DNA of 64,000 nt from Planctomycetota bacterium (GCA_963581435.1 CAUZOL010000001.1:4731-68730), one strand, 5' to 3'. Numbered from the stretch's first letter, positions 17,245-27,281 are shown. A program made the numbers and translations. The notes: generated by a model not told the origin, from the sequence alone.

Positions 17245-18852
17245 ATGATCGGCAACAGGATGCGGCCCGTTGTGGCTGGGATGAACGGTGCGGTCGCCTC
17301 GGCGCATCCGCTGGCGAGTCAGGTGGGGTTGGATGTTTTGCGTGGCGGCGGAAACGCCGTCGATGCAATTGTCGCGACGGCTGCCGCCCTGAATGTTGTT
17401 GAACCCTACATGAGCGGCGTCGGCGGCGTTGGCTTTCTGCTGCTGCATCTGGCAGATGGCGAAACGAAGGTGCTGAATTTCAGCGGCAACACGCCGGCCG
17501 CTGCCACGCCGGATCGCTTCACTCCGGAGACCCAAGATCGAGGTCCCTCATCGTGTCTCATTCCGGGCAATGTGGCGGGTTGGTTGGAAGCGTTGGAGAA
17601 ACACGGTACGAAATCGGCCGACGACGTATTTGCGCCGGCCATCGCGATGGCAGAGGACGGGTTTCCGCTGCATCCGCTGAACGCACGAATGATCGAGGCC
17701 GCCCTGCCCCGCTTGAACGAACCGGGCCAGAAAGTTTACGGCAGCGTGTCACCGCAAATCGGTGCCATCTTGCGGCAGCCCGATCTGGCGAAGTCGTTGC
17801 GTGCGATTGCACGAAACGGAGCTGACTATTTCTACCGTGGTCCGCTGGCGCTGACAATCGCCGACTACATCCAGTCACAAGGAGGCCTGCTATCGCGCGA
17901 CGATTTGGCGGGATACGAACCGACCTGGGAGGAACCTGTCGGCATCAATTACCGTGGCGTCGATATCAAGACGTGTCCGCCGAATTGCGAAGGTTTTCAG
18001 ATACTGCAAACTTTGAAGTTGATCGAAGCGACCGATCTGAAATCACTCGGACATAATTCGCTCGACTATATCCAACTGCTCAGCGAAGCGATGAAACTGG
18101 CAACGGCCGACCGTATCGAGTGGTGCGGTGATCCGAATTTCATCGACATCCCTTTGGAGCGGTTGCTGTCGGAAGAATATATCGCCGCACGACGCGGAGC
18201 GATCAATAAAGAGGCCGCATCGCGAAGCGAAGGCGAGCGCTGGCGCGGCCCGCGAAGCCAGGAGATTGTTTCACCGGGCAAGATTGACGGTTTGACGACA
18301 CACCTGTCGGCCGTTGATGGCCAGGGGAATGTCGCAAGCATTACGCAGTCGCTGGGGAACGGTTTTGGTTCGGGCGTTGTTGTCCCCGAGACCGGCATCA
18401 CGTTGAATAATTTTGTGTTCTGGACCGAGATCGATCCTGCGTGTCCCACTCCCAACCTGATCGAGCCGGGCAAACGTTGGTCGTGCTGCATGTCGCCGGT
18501 GCAGGTCTTCCGCGACGGAAAGTTCTGGTTTTCGATCGCGACGCCCGGCAGCTACGGTATTCTGCAGACAACGGTGCAGATGCTGCTCAATGTCGTTGAG
18601 TTCGGTGCCGATCCACAAATGGCGATCGAGGCGCCACGATTTCGACTTTACGAAGACACGAAAATGCAGATCGAAGACCGTGTTGCCATTGCTGTGCGCG
18701 ACGACTTGACTGCCCGTGGACACGAACTCGAACTGCTGGGCGACTTTTCGATGATGGTGGGGGGCGGACAATCGGTGATGATCGACCCGCAGTCGAACGC
18801 ACGCCTCGCCGGTGCCGATCCGCGACGCGACGGTTATGCGGTCGCTTACTAG
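17245..18852 (+). CDS. ggt: gamma-glutamyltransferase-family Ntn hydrolase
   Basis: 535 aa. GGNAVDAIVA, the nucleophile context GLTTHLSAVD, and GADPRRDGYA at the C-terminus. No obvious signal peptide. Confidence 0.85.
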   Translation: MIGNRMRPVVAGMNGAVASAHPLASQVGLDVLRGGGNAVDAIVATAAALNVVEPYMSGVGGVGFLLLHLADGETKVLNFSGNTPAAATPDRFTPETQDRGPSSCLIPGNVAGWLEALEKHGTKSADDVFAPAIAMAEDGFPLHPLNARMIEAALPRLNEPGQKVYGSVSPQIGAILRQPDLAKSLRAIARNGADYFYRGPLALTIADYIQSQGGLLSRDDLAGYEPTWEEPVGINYRGVDIKTCPPNCEGFQILQTLKLIEATDLKSLGHNSLDYIQLLSEAMKLATADRIEWCGDPNFIDIPLERLLSEEYIAARRGAINKEAASRSEGERWRGPRSQEIVSPGKIDGLTTHLSAVDGQGNVASITQSLGNGFGSGVVVPETGITLNNFVFWTEIDPACPTPNLIEPGKRWSCCMSPVQVFRDGKFWFSIATPGSYGILQTTVQMLLNVVEFGADPQMAIEAPRFRLYEDTKMQIEDRVAIAVRDDLTARGHELELLGDFSMMVGGGQSVMIDPQSNARLAGADPRRDGYAVAY

Positions 18853-18859
18853 GCAGCCG

Positions 18860-19258
18860 CTATTGCGGTGCGATCAGGTCGTAACGCTTTGAAACGCGAT
18901 TGCCGATTGGCGCTGAGCGAACTGAAACCCTTTGACCATCGGCGAGAGCTCGTCGACATTCCGGGCCGCAGGGTTGGGGAAAGACGACTTTGCCGGAGGG
19001 CGCGGTTGAGTTCTCGGCAGTCGGAGCAATTGGCTGCAGAGTTGCACCACTCAGTTCGCCAACTGTGTATTCGGCAACCGGCGCTTTCATCGAGAGATGT
19101 TCTTTGTAGGTGCTGCTGAAGCCGACGGGCTGTTTGTACATCGGCACGAGAAACATCGACAACGAGTGACCATGCGCAGAGACACCACTGCGACATCCGG
19201 CCGAGATGCCGACAGCCGCGAAGAGCAGCACCACGAGGAGTTTTCTGCGGAGTCTCAC
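18860..19258 (-). CDS. hypothetical lipoprotein, 132 aa
   Basis: Signal peptide plus lipobox MRLRRKLLVVLLFAAVGISAGC. Lies downstream of the sodA terminator. Function unknown. Confidence 0.45.
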   Translation of the reverse strand: MRLRRKLLVVLLFAAVGISAGCRSGVSAHGHSLSMFLVPMYKQPVGFSSTYKEHLSMKAPVAEYTVGELSGATLQPIAPTAENSTAPSGKVVFPQPCGPECRRALADGQRVSVRSAPIGNRVSKRYDLIAPQ

Positions 19259-19396
19259 AGCGATTTATCCAAACATAGTGGCGACGGATCAATCCGGGCA
19301 ACTGGATATGTCCGATGCCTACGAATCGTTTCTCACCTTGTTTCAGTATCGGCAATTGCGGCCGGGCTGCTGACTTCGCACAGGGCACTGTGCGTG

Positions 19397-19437
19397 TGAA
19401 AAAAGAAAAGCCCGGCGTGCCGTTGGGCAGCCGAGCT
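19397..19437 (-). terminator. intrinsic terminator of sodA
   Basis: The minus strand reads AGCTCGGCTGCC-CAAC-GGCACGCCGGGCT followed by TTTCTTTTTTCAC. One pair is G.U on the minus strand but an A.C mismatch on the plus strand. Confidence 0.65.
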
Positions 19438-19473
19438 TTCAGATTGCTTAACACTGTGCGGATTAGGTAGACC

Positions 19474-20085
19474 CTACGCCTTCGCAGCGGCGAATCGGCG
19501 AGCGACCTCGTCCCAATCGACGACGTTCCAAAATGCCGAAACGTAATCGGGACGGCGGTTCTGGTAATTCAGATAGTAAGCGTGTTCCCAAACATCGAGG
19601 CCGAGAATCGGTGTGCGGCCTTCAGAGAGGGGCGTATCCTGATTGGCGGTGCTTTCGACGACGAGATTTCCGCCATCGCACGACAGCCAGGCCCAGCCGC
19701 TTCCAAATCGTGTGGCAGCGGCCGCCGCAAATTTCGCTTTGAAATCGGCAAAGCTGCCGCAGGCTGCGTTGATTGCGTCGGCGAGTTCACCGCTCGGCTC
19801 TCCGCCACCATCGGGACTCATCACAGTCCAGAACAGTGAGTGGTTTGCATGTCCACCGCCATTATTGCGAATGGCACCGCGAATGCCTTCGGGGACAGCC
19901 GCCAGATCGCTGACGAGATCTTCAATCGACTTTCCAGCCAGATCGTCATGCCCTTCCAGCGCAGCATTTGCCTTGCCGATGTAGGCCTGATGATGTTTCG
20001 AGTGGTGGATTTCCATCGTGCGAGCGTCGATGTGCGGTTCCAGCGCATCGTAGCCGTAGGGCAGTTCTGGTAATGAATAGGCCAT
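19474..20085 (-). CDS. sodA: superoxide dismutase, Mn-type
   Basis: [19 protein letters not shown]...[17 protein letters not shown] (the Mn-type signature) and DVWEHAYY. Confidence 0.9.
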   Translation of the reverse strand: MAYSLPELPYGYDALEPHIDARTMEIHHSKHHQAYIGKANAALEGHDDLAGKSIEDLVSDLAAVPEGIRGAIRNNGGGHANHSLFWTVMSPDGGGEPSGELADAINAACGSFADFKAKFAAAAATRFGSGWAWLSCDGGNLVVESTANQDTPLSEGRTPILGLDVWEHAYYLNYQNRRPDYVSAFWNVVDWDEVARRFAAAKA

Positions 20086-20453
20086 GATTGTCTCTCCTCA
20101 GAGCGAACGTCGTCTTGAATTTCGGCTTCCGGCGGCTGGCGAATGATTCCACCCCGCGTCACATCGGCCATTGTAGATTGTCATCTGTTGCCGACAACCT
20201 ATGGAGCGGTCTTTTTCTGACGTTCGCTGGGGCTTTCCTCCCTGCGGTCACCCCAGCCCGTTCCATTCACGCGATCTCAGGAGCTGCGCGGGCCGGTTGA
20301 CTTGGATTGTGCGGCATCTAAAATGGATGTCAAACAGCTCGCGCGCCGACAAAACTCCGCGTGTGGAGTGAAACCACGGCCTCTGCCCAAGCAGGTTTGG
20401 ACACATCGGCCTAAAATCTGTCGTTCGCCTGCCTCAACGAAAGCCCATAGCCG

Positions 20454-21191
20454 ATGCCTGCACGCCGAACACTCGTCGCATTGCCGGTCTTCAACGAAGA
20501 GTCGCACATTCTGGCGGTACTCGATGAGGTGCGAAAATATGGCGACGACATTCTCGTCGTCGATGATGGATCTTCCGACCGGACGCCAGAAGTCCTTTCG
20601 ACGCAGACCGATGTGAGAATCATCACGCATGAAAAGAACCTGGGGTACGGTGCCGCGCTGCGAACTGCGTTTGAGTATTCCGTCGAAGAAGAGTTCGACG
20701 TGTTAGTGACAATCGATTGTGACGGTCAACACGAGCCGCGGTTGATACCGGAACTGGCCGAAGCCGTCTATCCGGCCGGTCAACCGGCCATCGATATCGT
20801 CTCCGGCAGTCGCTATCTCCAGACATTCGAAGGCAACAGCGCGCCGCCGGAAGAGCGGCGAAAGATTAACATGCAGATCACGCAGGTCATCAACGAGCGG
20901 TTGGGGCTTGAGCTGACCGATTCGTTCTGCGGTTTTAAGGCATACCGGGTTGCCGCGCTGCCGCAGTTCGAGATTACCGAACTGGGCTACGCCATGCCGC
21001 TGCAATTGTGGGCTCAGGCTGTGGCGGCACGAATGCGAATTGTCGAGTTCCCGGTGCCGTTGGTTTATCTCGAAGAGGAGCGATCGTTTGGCGGCTCGCT
21101 CGACGACTCCCGTCGTCGTATGGCATACTATGGTGAAGTGCTGGATCGCGAGATGACCGCATTGTCGTTGCCTTGTTCCGCCGGTTCTTAA
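20454..21191 (+). CDS. GT2-family glycosyltransferase (polyprenol-phosphate sugar synthase-like)
   Basis: 245 aa. ALPVFNEE, VVDDGSSDRT, NLGYGAAL and TIDCDGQHEP. Confidence 0.8.
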   Translation: MPARRTLVALPVFNEESHILAVLDEVRKYGDDILVVDDGSSDRTPEVLSTQTDVRIITHEKNLGYGAALRTAFEYSVEEEFDVLVTIDCDGQHEPRLIPELAEAVYPAGQPAIDIVSGSRYLQTFEGNSAPPEERRKINMQITQVINERLGLELTDSFCGFKAYRVAALPQFEITELGYAMPLQLWAQAVAARMRIVEFPVPLVYLEEERSFGGSLDDSRRRMAYYGEVLDREMTALSLPCSAGS

Positions 21192-21227
21192 TTTGCTCCT
21201 TTTTCATCGGACTCCCTGTTGAGCGTA

Positions 21228-21284
21228 CCATTGGCATCTCGCCAGTCCCCACCGCGATGCACTGGCGACACGCCAGTGGCACCC
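21228..21284. repeat. family-B double-hairpin repeat, copy 1
   Basis: CCATTGGCATCTCGCCAGT...CACTGGCGACACGCCAGTGGCACCC. Lies 37 nt after the GT2 stop. Confidence 0.8.
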
Positions 21285-21308
21285 TTTGCATTCTCCATTT
21301 GAGCTTTT

Positions 21309-23012
21309 ATGCCCGCCTGTTCAATTCCCACCGGCCATAACGCGATGTTTGAGTCCACTGCGCCTGTTGAGCCACCGTGGATAAAACAACAATTGCGCGT
21401 TCCGCGCGACGACGAAACACTGTTCGCTCGTCCGGAATTGTCGACCGTCATTGAGGAAGCCCGAAACAACGTCGCCCGGCTCGACGAAACATCAACCGAC
21501 CTGTCAGGCCGGACAATCGCGCAACTGCGGGAATGGTCGAAAAACGACATTCTTCAGGCGGCCCGTCAGTACACATCCGAACTGACCGGTGAACCGATAT
21601 CCGATCCAGCGGACGGTCTGCTGCTGGTGGCGGGACATCAACCCTCGCTGTTTCACCCCGGCGTGTGGGTGAAGAATTTTGCGGTCGGGGCATTGGCGAA
21701 AAGTTGCGGTGGCACGGCGCTCAATCTCATTGTCGATAACGACACCCTCTCATCGACACAAATACGTGTGCCCCTCGGCGACCGCAACTCCCCGCAGATT
21801 GAGATGGTCCCCTTCGACGACGAACGACCGCCCCAGCCTTGGGAGGAAGCCACGGTCGCTAACAGCCAGTTGTTCGCATCGTTCGGCGATCGTATCGGCG
21901 CGCTGATGTCGATTTGGAATATCGAACCGTTGCTCAGCGGTATGTGGCCCGACGCAGTTCGCGTTGCCAATGCGAGCGGATCACTACGTGATGCGTTGAC
22001 CGCGGCGCGGCATCGACAGGAACGGCGTTGGGGCTGCGAGAATCTGGAACTGCCGATTAGCCGTGTCTGTCAAATGGACCCGTTTTTATGGTTCGCCAGT
22101 CATTTATTGCTTGAACTGCCGCGTTTTCGCGACGTGCATAACGAGGTACTGGGCGAGTTTCGCAAGGTGAACCGAATTCGCAGTCGAACGCATCCCGTAC
22201 CCGAATTGAACGCGGAACATGATGGCTGGCTGGAAGCTCCGTTCTGGGTATGGCGAGCGGGCGAAGATCAACGCCAGCGAGCGTTCGCCAAACAGGTAGG
22301 GCGCGAAATTCATTTGTCCGACGGCAAAGAAACGTTTGCGACGTTGCCGTTGTCACCGGACGGCGAAGCCTGTTGTGCGGTCGAAGTGCTGCGTGAATTG
22401 CCGCAGCGGGGAATTCGACTGAGAACTCGCGCTCTGACAACGACACTATTTTCCCGCTTGTGCCTGTCCGACCTGTTCGTGCACGGGATCGGTGGATCGA
22501 AATACGACGAGATGACCGACCGGATAATCCACCGCTTTTACCGGTTGGCTCCGCCGTCATTCCTGACATTGTCGGCCACTTTGCATTTGCCGCTAGCCGA
22601 GCCGTTCGCCGTTTCGACTGACGATGTCACCCGCCGGCGACGTCTGCAACGCGACCTGGAGTACAATTCCGACCGCCATTTGACAGAGAGCAACAGCGAG
22701 AATGTTGATTCGCTGATTGCCGAAAAGCAGCAATTGATCGCCGAACAAAAGAATGCGACGGCGGGCAATCTTTCGCGTCGTCAGCGCCGTCTTCGCTCGC
22801 GGAGTAACCACGATCGATTTCGTCGCCTACGAGAAATTGGTGGCCGTCTTTCGGAGTTGACGGTCGAGAAACGACAACAGATCGAAGCAGAACTGTCTGA
22901 TGTCGCACAGCAGTTGGCGGCCAACGCAAATCTAACAAATCGCGAATTGCCGTTCTGCCTGTATCCCGAAGCGAAGCTGCGCAGCTTCATGACGGAACTG
23001 CCGGTCAAGTGA
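21309..23012 (+). CDS. hypothetical protein with distant BshC/YllA-like features and a C-terminal coiled coil
   Basis: 567 aa. VAGHQPSLFHPGVWVKNFA and FVHGIGGSKYDE resemble BshC signatures as I remember them. The C-terminus is a long heptad-like helix. The coding call is solid; the function is tentative. Confidence 0.5.
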   Translation: MPACSIPTGHNAMFESTAPVEPPWIKQQLRVPRDDETLFARPELSTVIEEARNNVARLDETSTDLSGRTIAQLREWSKNDILQAARQYTSELTGEPISDPADGLLLVAGHQPSLFHPGVWVKNFAVGALAKSCGGTALNLIVDNDTLSSTQIRVPLGDRNSPQIEMVPFDDERPPQPWEEATVANSQLFASFGDRIGALMSIWNIEPLLSGMWPDAVRVANASGSLRDALTAARHRQERRWGCENLELPISRVCQMDPFLWFASHLLLELPRFRDVHNEVLGEFRKVNRIRSRTHPVPELNAEHDGWLEAPFWVWRAGEDQRQRAFAKQVGREIHLSDGKETFATLPLSPDGEACCAVEVLRELPQRGIRLRTRALTTTLFSRLCLSDLFVHGIGGSKYDEMTDRIIHRFYRLAPPSFLTLSATLHLPLAEPFAVSTDDVTRRRRLQRDLEYNSDRHLTESNSENVDSLIAEKQQLIAEQKNATAGNLSRRQRRLRSRSNHDRFRRLREIGGRLSELTVEKRQQIEAELSDVAQQLAANANLTNRELPFCLYPEAKLRSFMTELPVK

Positions 23013-23021
23013 CGCCCTCAT

Positions 23022-23828
23022 TCAACGTCTGCTCAACTTGCCGTGCTGAAACTGGTGCCGCCGGTTGAACAGCCGCAGGTAACTCAATAGGACTGCGGTC
23101 ATTGTTCCGAGCGCGGTTCCCGCCGCGATGAGAAACATGATGACGATTTGATACTTGACGGCGATCAACGGATCGGCGCCAGAGAGAAGTTGTCCGGTCA
23201 TAATTCCCGGCAGGCTGACGACGCCGACGACCATCATCGAGTTGATGATGGGAATCATGCCGGTCCGTACCGCCTGCCTCACCGGTTCGCGAGCCGCCTC
23301 CCAACGCGTGGCCCCCAACGTCAGCAACATTTCAACGCGGTCTCTCTTTCCAGCCAGTTCCTCACCGAGCCGGTCGATGCCAAGTGAGATGCCGGTCAGC
23401 GTGTTGCCGAGAATCATTCCCATCAACGGGACGGCATACTGGGCGATATTGTTTGTCCAGACTGCAGGCGGAATCACAACGGTCAGCGCGACGGTTGTCA
23501 CCAACCACGAACTGGCGAGAACGGCAACGATGCTGTTCAGCCAGATTCCGACATAACGCCACTCGACCCGGCGCACGGCGGCGACGCCCGCTATCAGCGA
23601 CATCAGCAGCATCAGCAAGGCGACGGCAAACCACGGCGTCTGTGGCCGGAAGAACCATGCGAGTACATAGCCGATTGCCAGCAACTGCATGATGGTGCGG
23701 AGCGAAGCAATCGCCAGTCGCCGCTCGAGTTTGAGCTGCAATGCCAGCGAAATCAGCCCGTTGGCGAGGATCAAGCAAGCGGCTGCCAGGATATTGAGGT
23801 AGGAGAGGTCGGCCGGTCCGTCAATCAT
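23022..23828 (-). CDS. fetB: UPF0014/FetB-type ABC permease (iron export)
   Basis: Colinear with E. coli FetB/YbbM: LGAT...A, VGVVSLPGIMTGQLLSGADPLIAVKYQIVIMF, NRRHQF. Confidence 0.8.
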   Translation of the reverse strand: MIDGPADLSYLNILAAACLILANGLISLALQLKLERRLAIASLRTIMQLLAIGYVLAWFFRPQTPWFAVALLMLLMSLIAGVAAVRRVEWRYVGIWLNSIVAVLASSWLVTTVALTVVIPPAVWTNNIAQYAVPLMGMILGNTLTGISLGIDRLGEELAGKRDRVEMLLTLGATRWEAAREPVRQAVRTGMIPIINSMMVVGVVSLPGIMTGQLLSGADPLIAVKYQIVIMFLIAAGTALGTMTAVLLSYLRLFNRRHQFQHGKLSRR

Positions 23829-24546
23829 CGCCCTGCTCCGTTTCAGAGATCGATTCCATTGCCAATACCTGGTCGGCCACCCGTTGGAGTTGACTAGTAT
23901 CGTGAGTCACCCAGAGTGTGGCCCGCGTTGTGGGCGAATCGTTGAGCCATCGCGATACGAGCGATTCCACCGCTTGGGTCGCGTTGGCGTCGAGCGCCGC
24001 GGTCGGTTCGTCGAGCAACAGAATCGCAGGATCGACGTGCATCGCCCGCAGCAACGCGACAATTTGTGCCTCGCCTCCGGAAAGATCATCGCTCGACTTT
24101 TTCAGAAACGCAGTGTCGCGGCCAAGCTGCTGCAACGATTGCATAACGGCATCATGGTCGAACGAAACACCGTCGGCCTGCGCCAATTGAAACGGTAGCC
24201 GCAAGTTGTCTTCCACCGACCCTGAGACAAGCGCCGGCCGCTGATGCAGATAGACCACGCTGCGGCGAAATGACGGCACTTTCTCGTTCGAGATTTCCGC
24301 GCCGTTCCACAAGAGTTGGCCCTCATCGAATTGGTCGAGCATGGCAAGCGTCCGCAGCAGCACCGTCTTCCCGCATCCCGTCGGACCGGTGACGGCCCAT
24401 TGTTGCCCGCGGCAGACCGACAGTGAGACGTTGCGAATCAGCCAATGGGCATCGGCGGCGCAGCGCCCGAGGTTATCCGCCTGCAGAATCGGTGGATGGG
24501 ACATTCGATCGTCGTTTTCGTCGGAGGAGTTCAGCGCGATAGTCAT
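23821..24546 (-). CDS. fetA: ABC transporter ATP-binding protein (FetA/YbbL-like)
   Basis: Walker A GPTGCGKT, signature LSGGEAQ, Walker B ILLLDEPT. 8-nt overlap with fetB. Alternative start at 24504. Confidence 0.75.
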   Translation of the reverse strand: MTIALNSSDENDDRMSHPPILQADNLGRCAADAHWLIRNVSLSVCRGQQWAVTGPTGCGKTVLLRTLAMLDQFDEGQLLWNGAEISNEKVPSFRRSVVYLHQRPALVSGSVEDNLRLPFQLAQADGVSFDHDAVMQSLQQLGRDTAFLKKSSDDLSGGEAQIVALLRAMHVDPAILLLDEPTAALDANATQAVESLVSRWLNDSPTTRATLWVTHDTSQLQRVADQVLAMESISETEQGDD

Positions 24547-24568
24547 CTATTCTAGCGGACGAAATCCC

Positions 24569-25807
24569 TCAACGTGTGTTGGGCAGCGTCGTTGCGAGGA
24601 ATTTGGCGATCACTTCGGCAATGATGCTGTTTCCCTTGGCCGAATAGTGCCGTTGGTACAGCGACTCCAGCGATTCGGCGCGGGCCGCGTTCAGCAATTG
24701 TGTTTGTGGGTCGATAAGTGTTTGCTGTTCACCGACTCGTTCGAGGAGTTGCTGATAGACGCAACCGCGCTTCTTTAGTAGCCGGTTGAGATCGGACTCT
24801 TTCGGCAGATGGACAATGTCGAATTGGGCGTTGTGCCGTTCAACGTCGCGGCGAAATTCGCTCAGCAGTGCTAATGTGACGCGAGCCGGTTCACCGTCGA
24901 GCCGATACGGCGCGATGCGGCGACTCGGTTCGTTATTCGAGAGGCGTTCGACTGCAAACGACAGCGCGCGGCTGGAATGCCAGAACCTCTTCGCAAATCT
25001 CTCTTTGTGGTAGAACGTCTCATATTTGGCCAGCCCCCACGAGTCCATGTCGGCCATCACTTCTGGCACGCGATCCAAAGAGAGCGTCGGCGAGTTGATC
25101 AATCGTAAAGTGCCATCGTCGTCGAGCACAAAACGCGGCTTCGAAAACGGAATGCCAGTGCCATCCGCATAAAAAGCCCGGAGCATGTTCACGTTGCGGT
25201 TGACATTTTCAGCCTGAAATCCAAACAACACAATGTGTGGAGAATAGCTGCGGCCGAGAGTCTTCCAGCGCAGAAACGCCTGATCCATACCATACGCAGA
25301 AACACCGAAGTTGATCACTTCGGCAGCGATGCCCATCTCGTTGAGTTTCTCTTCGAGCATCGCTCCCCAGGTTTCTTCGAAGGCAACATCGTCGCCGTGC
25401 GTGAAGGAATCGCCGAAGAGCGCAATGCGCAGCGTTCCGTCTGCTGGCTGGAGATCATAGGCTTTCGGGGGCGAACGAATACCGGCGGCGTTGTAGCGGT
25501 AGTTGCCCCCGTGGGTGCTGATGTGCGGCCGCGGCTTCCATCCGGTTTCCGCGTCGTAGATCATCCGGGTGGTGTTGGTCGTTTGATATTTTTCCAGAGT
25601 CGCGGTGATGGCAGTCACCGGGGGAATGCGGCGGCCGACAGGATGTCCCTGAAAAGAGAAATTCCCGTCCGAATCAACCTCGCCCATCAGCCGCACGACA
25701 GTTTCAGCGCTCGCGATGGCGAAAAGAAACGAACCAGCCACCAACAGACATCGAAAGACGGCGCGATGTCTGAAAGTTGGCGGCACGGATTGCTGCATGT
25801 GAGGCAT
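24569..25807 (-). CDS. membrane-anchored SGNH/GDSL-family hydrolase
   Basis: 412 aa. N-terminal TM segment VFRCLLVAGSFLFAIASA; block I IALFGDSFTHGDDV. Ends 22 nt upstream of fetA. Confidence 0.7.
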   Translation of the reverse strand: MPHMQQSVPPTFRHRAVFRCLLVAGSFLFAIASAETVVRLMGEVDSDGNFSFQGHPVGRRIPPVTAITATLEKYQTTNTTRMIYDAETGWKPRPHISTHGGNYRYNAAGIRSPPKAYDLQPADGTLRIALFGDSFTHGDDVAFEETWGAMLEEKLNEMGIAAEVINFGVSAYGMDQAFLRWKTLGRSYSPHIVLFGFQAENVNRNVNMLRAFYADGTGIPFSKPRFVLDDDGTLRLINSPTLSLDRVPEVMADMDSWGLAKYETFYHKERFAKRFWHSSRALSFAVERLSNNEPSRRIAPYRLDGEPARVTLALLSEFRRDVERHNAQFDIVHLPKESDLNRLLKKRGCVYQQLLERVGEQQTLIDPQTQLLNAARAESLESLYQRHYSAKGNSIIAEVIAKFLATTLPNTR

Positions 25808-25904
25808 CTCAAAGTAGAACGGCGGAAGTCAAACTGGCGTCGTGACTTCAACTCGTCCACTTTAACATGCAGTGATGAAACATTCTCGCCTACACAACGC
25901 GTTA

Positions 25905-25967
25905 CCAGCCCACAGCGCAAGCAAGGGTCGAATGCACGGGAAAACCCTAGCTTGCGCGGCGGACTGG
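25905..25967. repeat. family-A long hairpin repeat, copy 2 (degenerate)
   Basis: CCAGCCCACAGCGCAAGCAAGGGT...ACCCTAGCTTGCGCGGCGGACTGG. Nearly identical to copy 1 in the left arm. Confidence 0.75.
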
Positions 25968-26005
25968 TTGTTCATGAAGAACACGTATTTTTGCGCCGCG
26001 CAAAA

Positions 26006-26033
26006 ATTTGGGCACCGGTATGATACCGGTGCC
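26006..26033 (-). terminator. possible terminator of the YTV-like gene
   Basis: Perfect 10-bp stem GGCACCGGTA-TCA-TACCGGTGCC, followed on the minus strand by CAAATTTTTG. Adjacent 19-nt palindrome TTTTTGCGC-C-GCGCAAAAA. Confidence 0.4.
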
Positions 26034-26192
26034 GCGGAGGGGGGAAGAGTTGTGAACCGAGGGGGACTCGGTCGAGAGGATGGTCGCTACGCGTCGCGGC
26101 CTACCGGCGTTGCACCGGTGTGTGCGCCGACGACGCTTTCATATTTCAAAGGGGGAAGGAGGCGGGAGTTTGAGAGCTAGAGCTACCAACAT

Positions 26193-27281
26193 TCAGCGAT
26201 TGTCGGCCAGCGTCACTGTCGGCCGGGGAATTGAAGGACCGGCTGATGTCTGTTGGCGGGACGACCGACTGCGGCCGACTCGAATAATGCTGGGGAACCT
26301 GGTCCCACGATGACTTTGTCGTACCGGACGAAACCCATCATAACGACCGTCATTGCGAACCTGAGGGGAAGCGATCGGACGTGTCGTGGTACGCTGGGGA
26401 ATCGTGAACGATGCGTCACGGGCGGGAACTGTCGATTCGATTTGAGTCCCAAAATTATCGCTGTCGGGTCGTTTGAACCGTTCGGCTTCGCCGTTGGATT
26501 CAGCAGTCCGACCGGGAATCGCACTGCCTGCACCAGCGGTTCCGACGGGATCGGGAACGGGTTGCAGCGCGGTGGCCGTGCCGTTGCCGATGGGAAGGAA
26601 AGCGGTGGCGGTGCCGATTGGCACCGAACGCATGACGGTAACCGGCCGCATGCTGGTCACTTCGGTGGCGACGTAGCGAACGGTATTGACGGCAACTTTG
26701 CGTGTGGTGGTGTAAGCTACCATTCGTGTGACCTGGTAATTCACTTGCCGGGTCCCGTGCGTGGCAACGCGTCGCGTAACCGGCACCATTTGCGTGACGA
26801 CCTGCGGAACGTACCGCCGCCGAGTGACAACCTTGGGAGTGAATGTCTGGCGAACGGAGTAACCGGTGCGATTGAGCCAGCCGAACATGTTCGGGCGGGG
26901 ATCGTACTGGCAGGGAGACATTTTGGGATTGCGATAGGAAGTGGTCTGCCACTGACCGACGTTCCGTTGAACGCTCTTGCACTCGGTAACGTTCTGGTAA
27001 GAGACGGTGGGAACACTGGCCGTCTTGGTTTCGGTGACTGGGCGATAGGCCGTCACCTTCTGATCAACGTACCGGGTTTCAACAACCGGTCGCTGCACAA
27101 CCTGTTTGACCGCGCGGTACTCGGTGACCGGGACGGATTGATAGCAGGTTTGGGCGACGGGCTGAACGCATTGTTGGCAAGGGTTGTAGCGGGGATACAA
27201 CTGGGCCGTTGCAGTCGCCTGGAGGCAACACAGTGCCAACATTCCGCCAAGCAAGGCCGCGAAACGCGTGGGTCGAAGCAT
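26193..27281 (-). CDS. secreted YTV-like repeat protein
   Basis: Signal peptide MLRPTRFAALLGGMLALCCLQATATA. About six ~14-aa repeats of the form x-Y-x-x-V-x6-(R)PV, e.g. TEYRAVKQVVQRPV, TRYVDQKVTAYRPV, VRYVATEVTSMRPV. Confidence 0.65.
   Translation of the reverse strand: MLRPTRFAALLGGMLALCCLQATATAQLYPRYNPCQQCVQPVAQTCYQSVPVTEYRAVKQVVQRPVVETRYVDQKVTAYRPVTETKTASVPTVSYQNVTECKSVQRNVGQWQTTSYRNPKMSPCQYDPRPNMFGWLNRTGYSVRQTFTPKVVTRRRYVPQVVTQMVPVTRRVATHGTRQVNYQVTRMVAYTTTRKVAVNTVRYVATEVTSMRPVTVMRSVPIGTATAFLPIGNGTATALQPVPDPVGTAGAGSAIPGRTAESNGEAERFKRPDSDNFGTQIESTVPARDASFTIPQRTTTRPIASPQVRNDGRYDGFRPVRQSHRGTRFPSIIRVGRSRSSRQQTSAGPSIPRPTVTLADNR

Noticed and set aside
18849-19454. 201-aa minus-strand ORF
   Set aside because: It is a different frame over the lipoprotein ORF and runs through the sodA terminator. 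It has no signal peptide or motifs.
20186-20198. 13-nt palindromic word TGTTGCCGACAAC shared by the sodA upstream region and the cytochrome-gene 5' region (51551-51563)
   Set aside because: A redox regulon operator is tempting. However, an exact 13-mer match is expected by chance tens of times in 64 kb on both strands, and about 0.5 times among intergenic DNA alone. That is not enough evidence.
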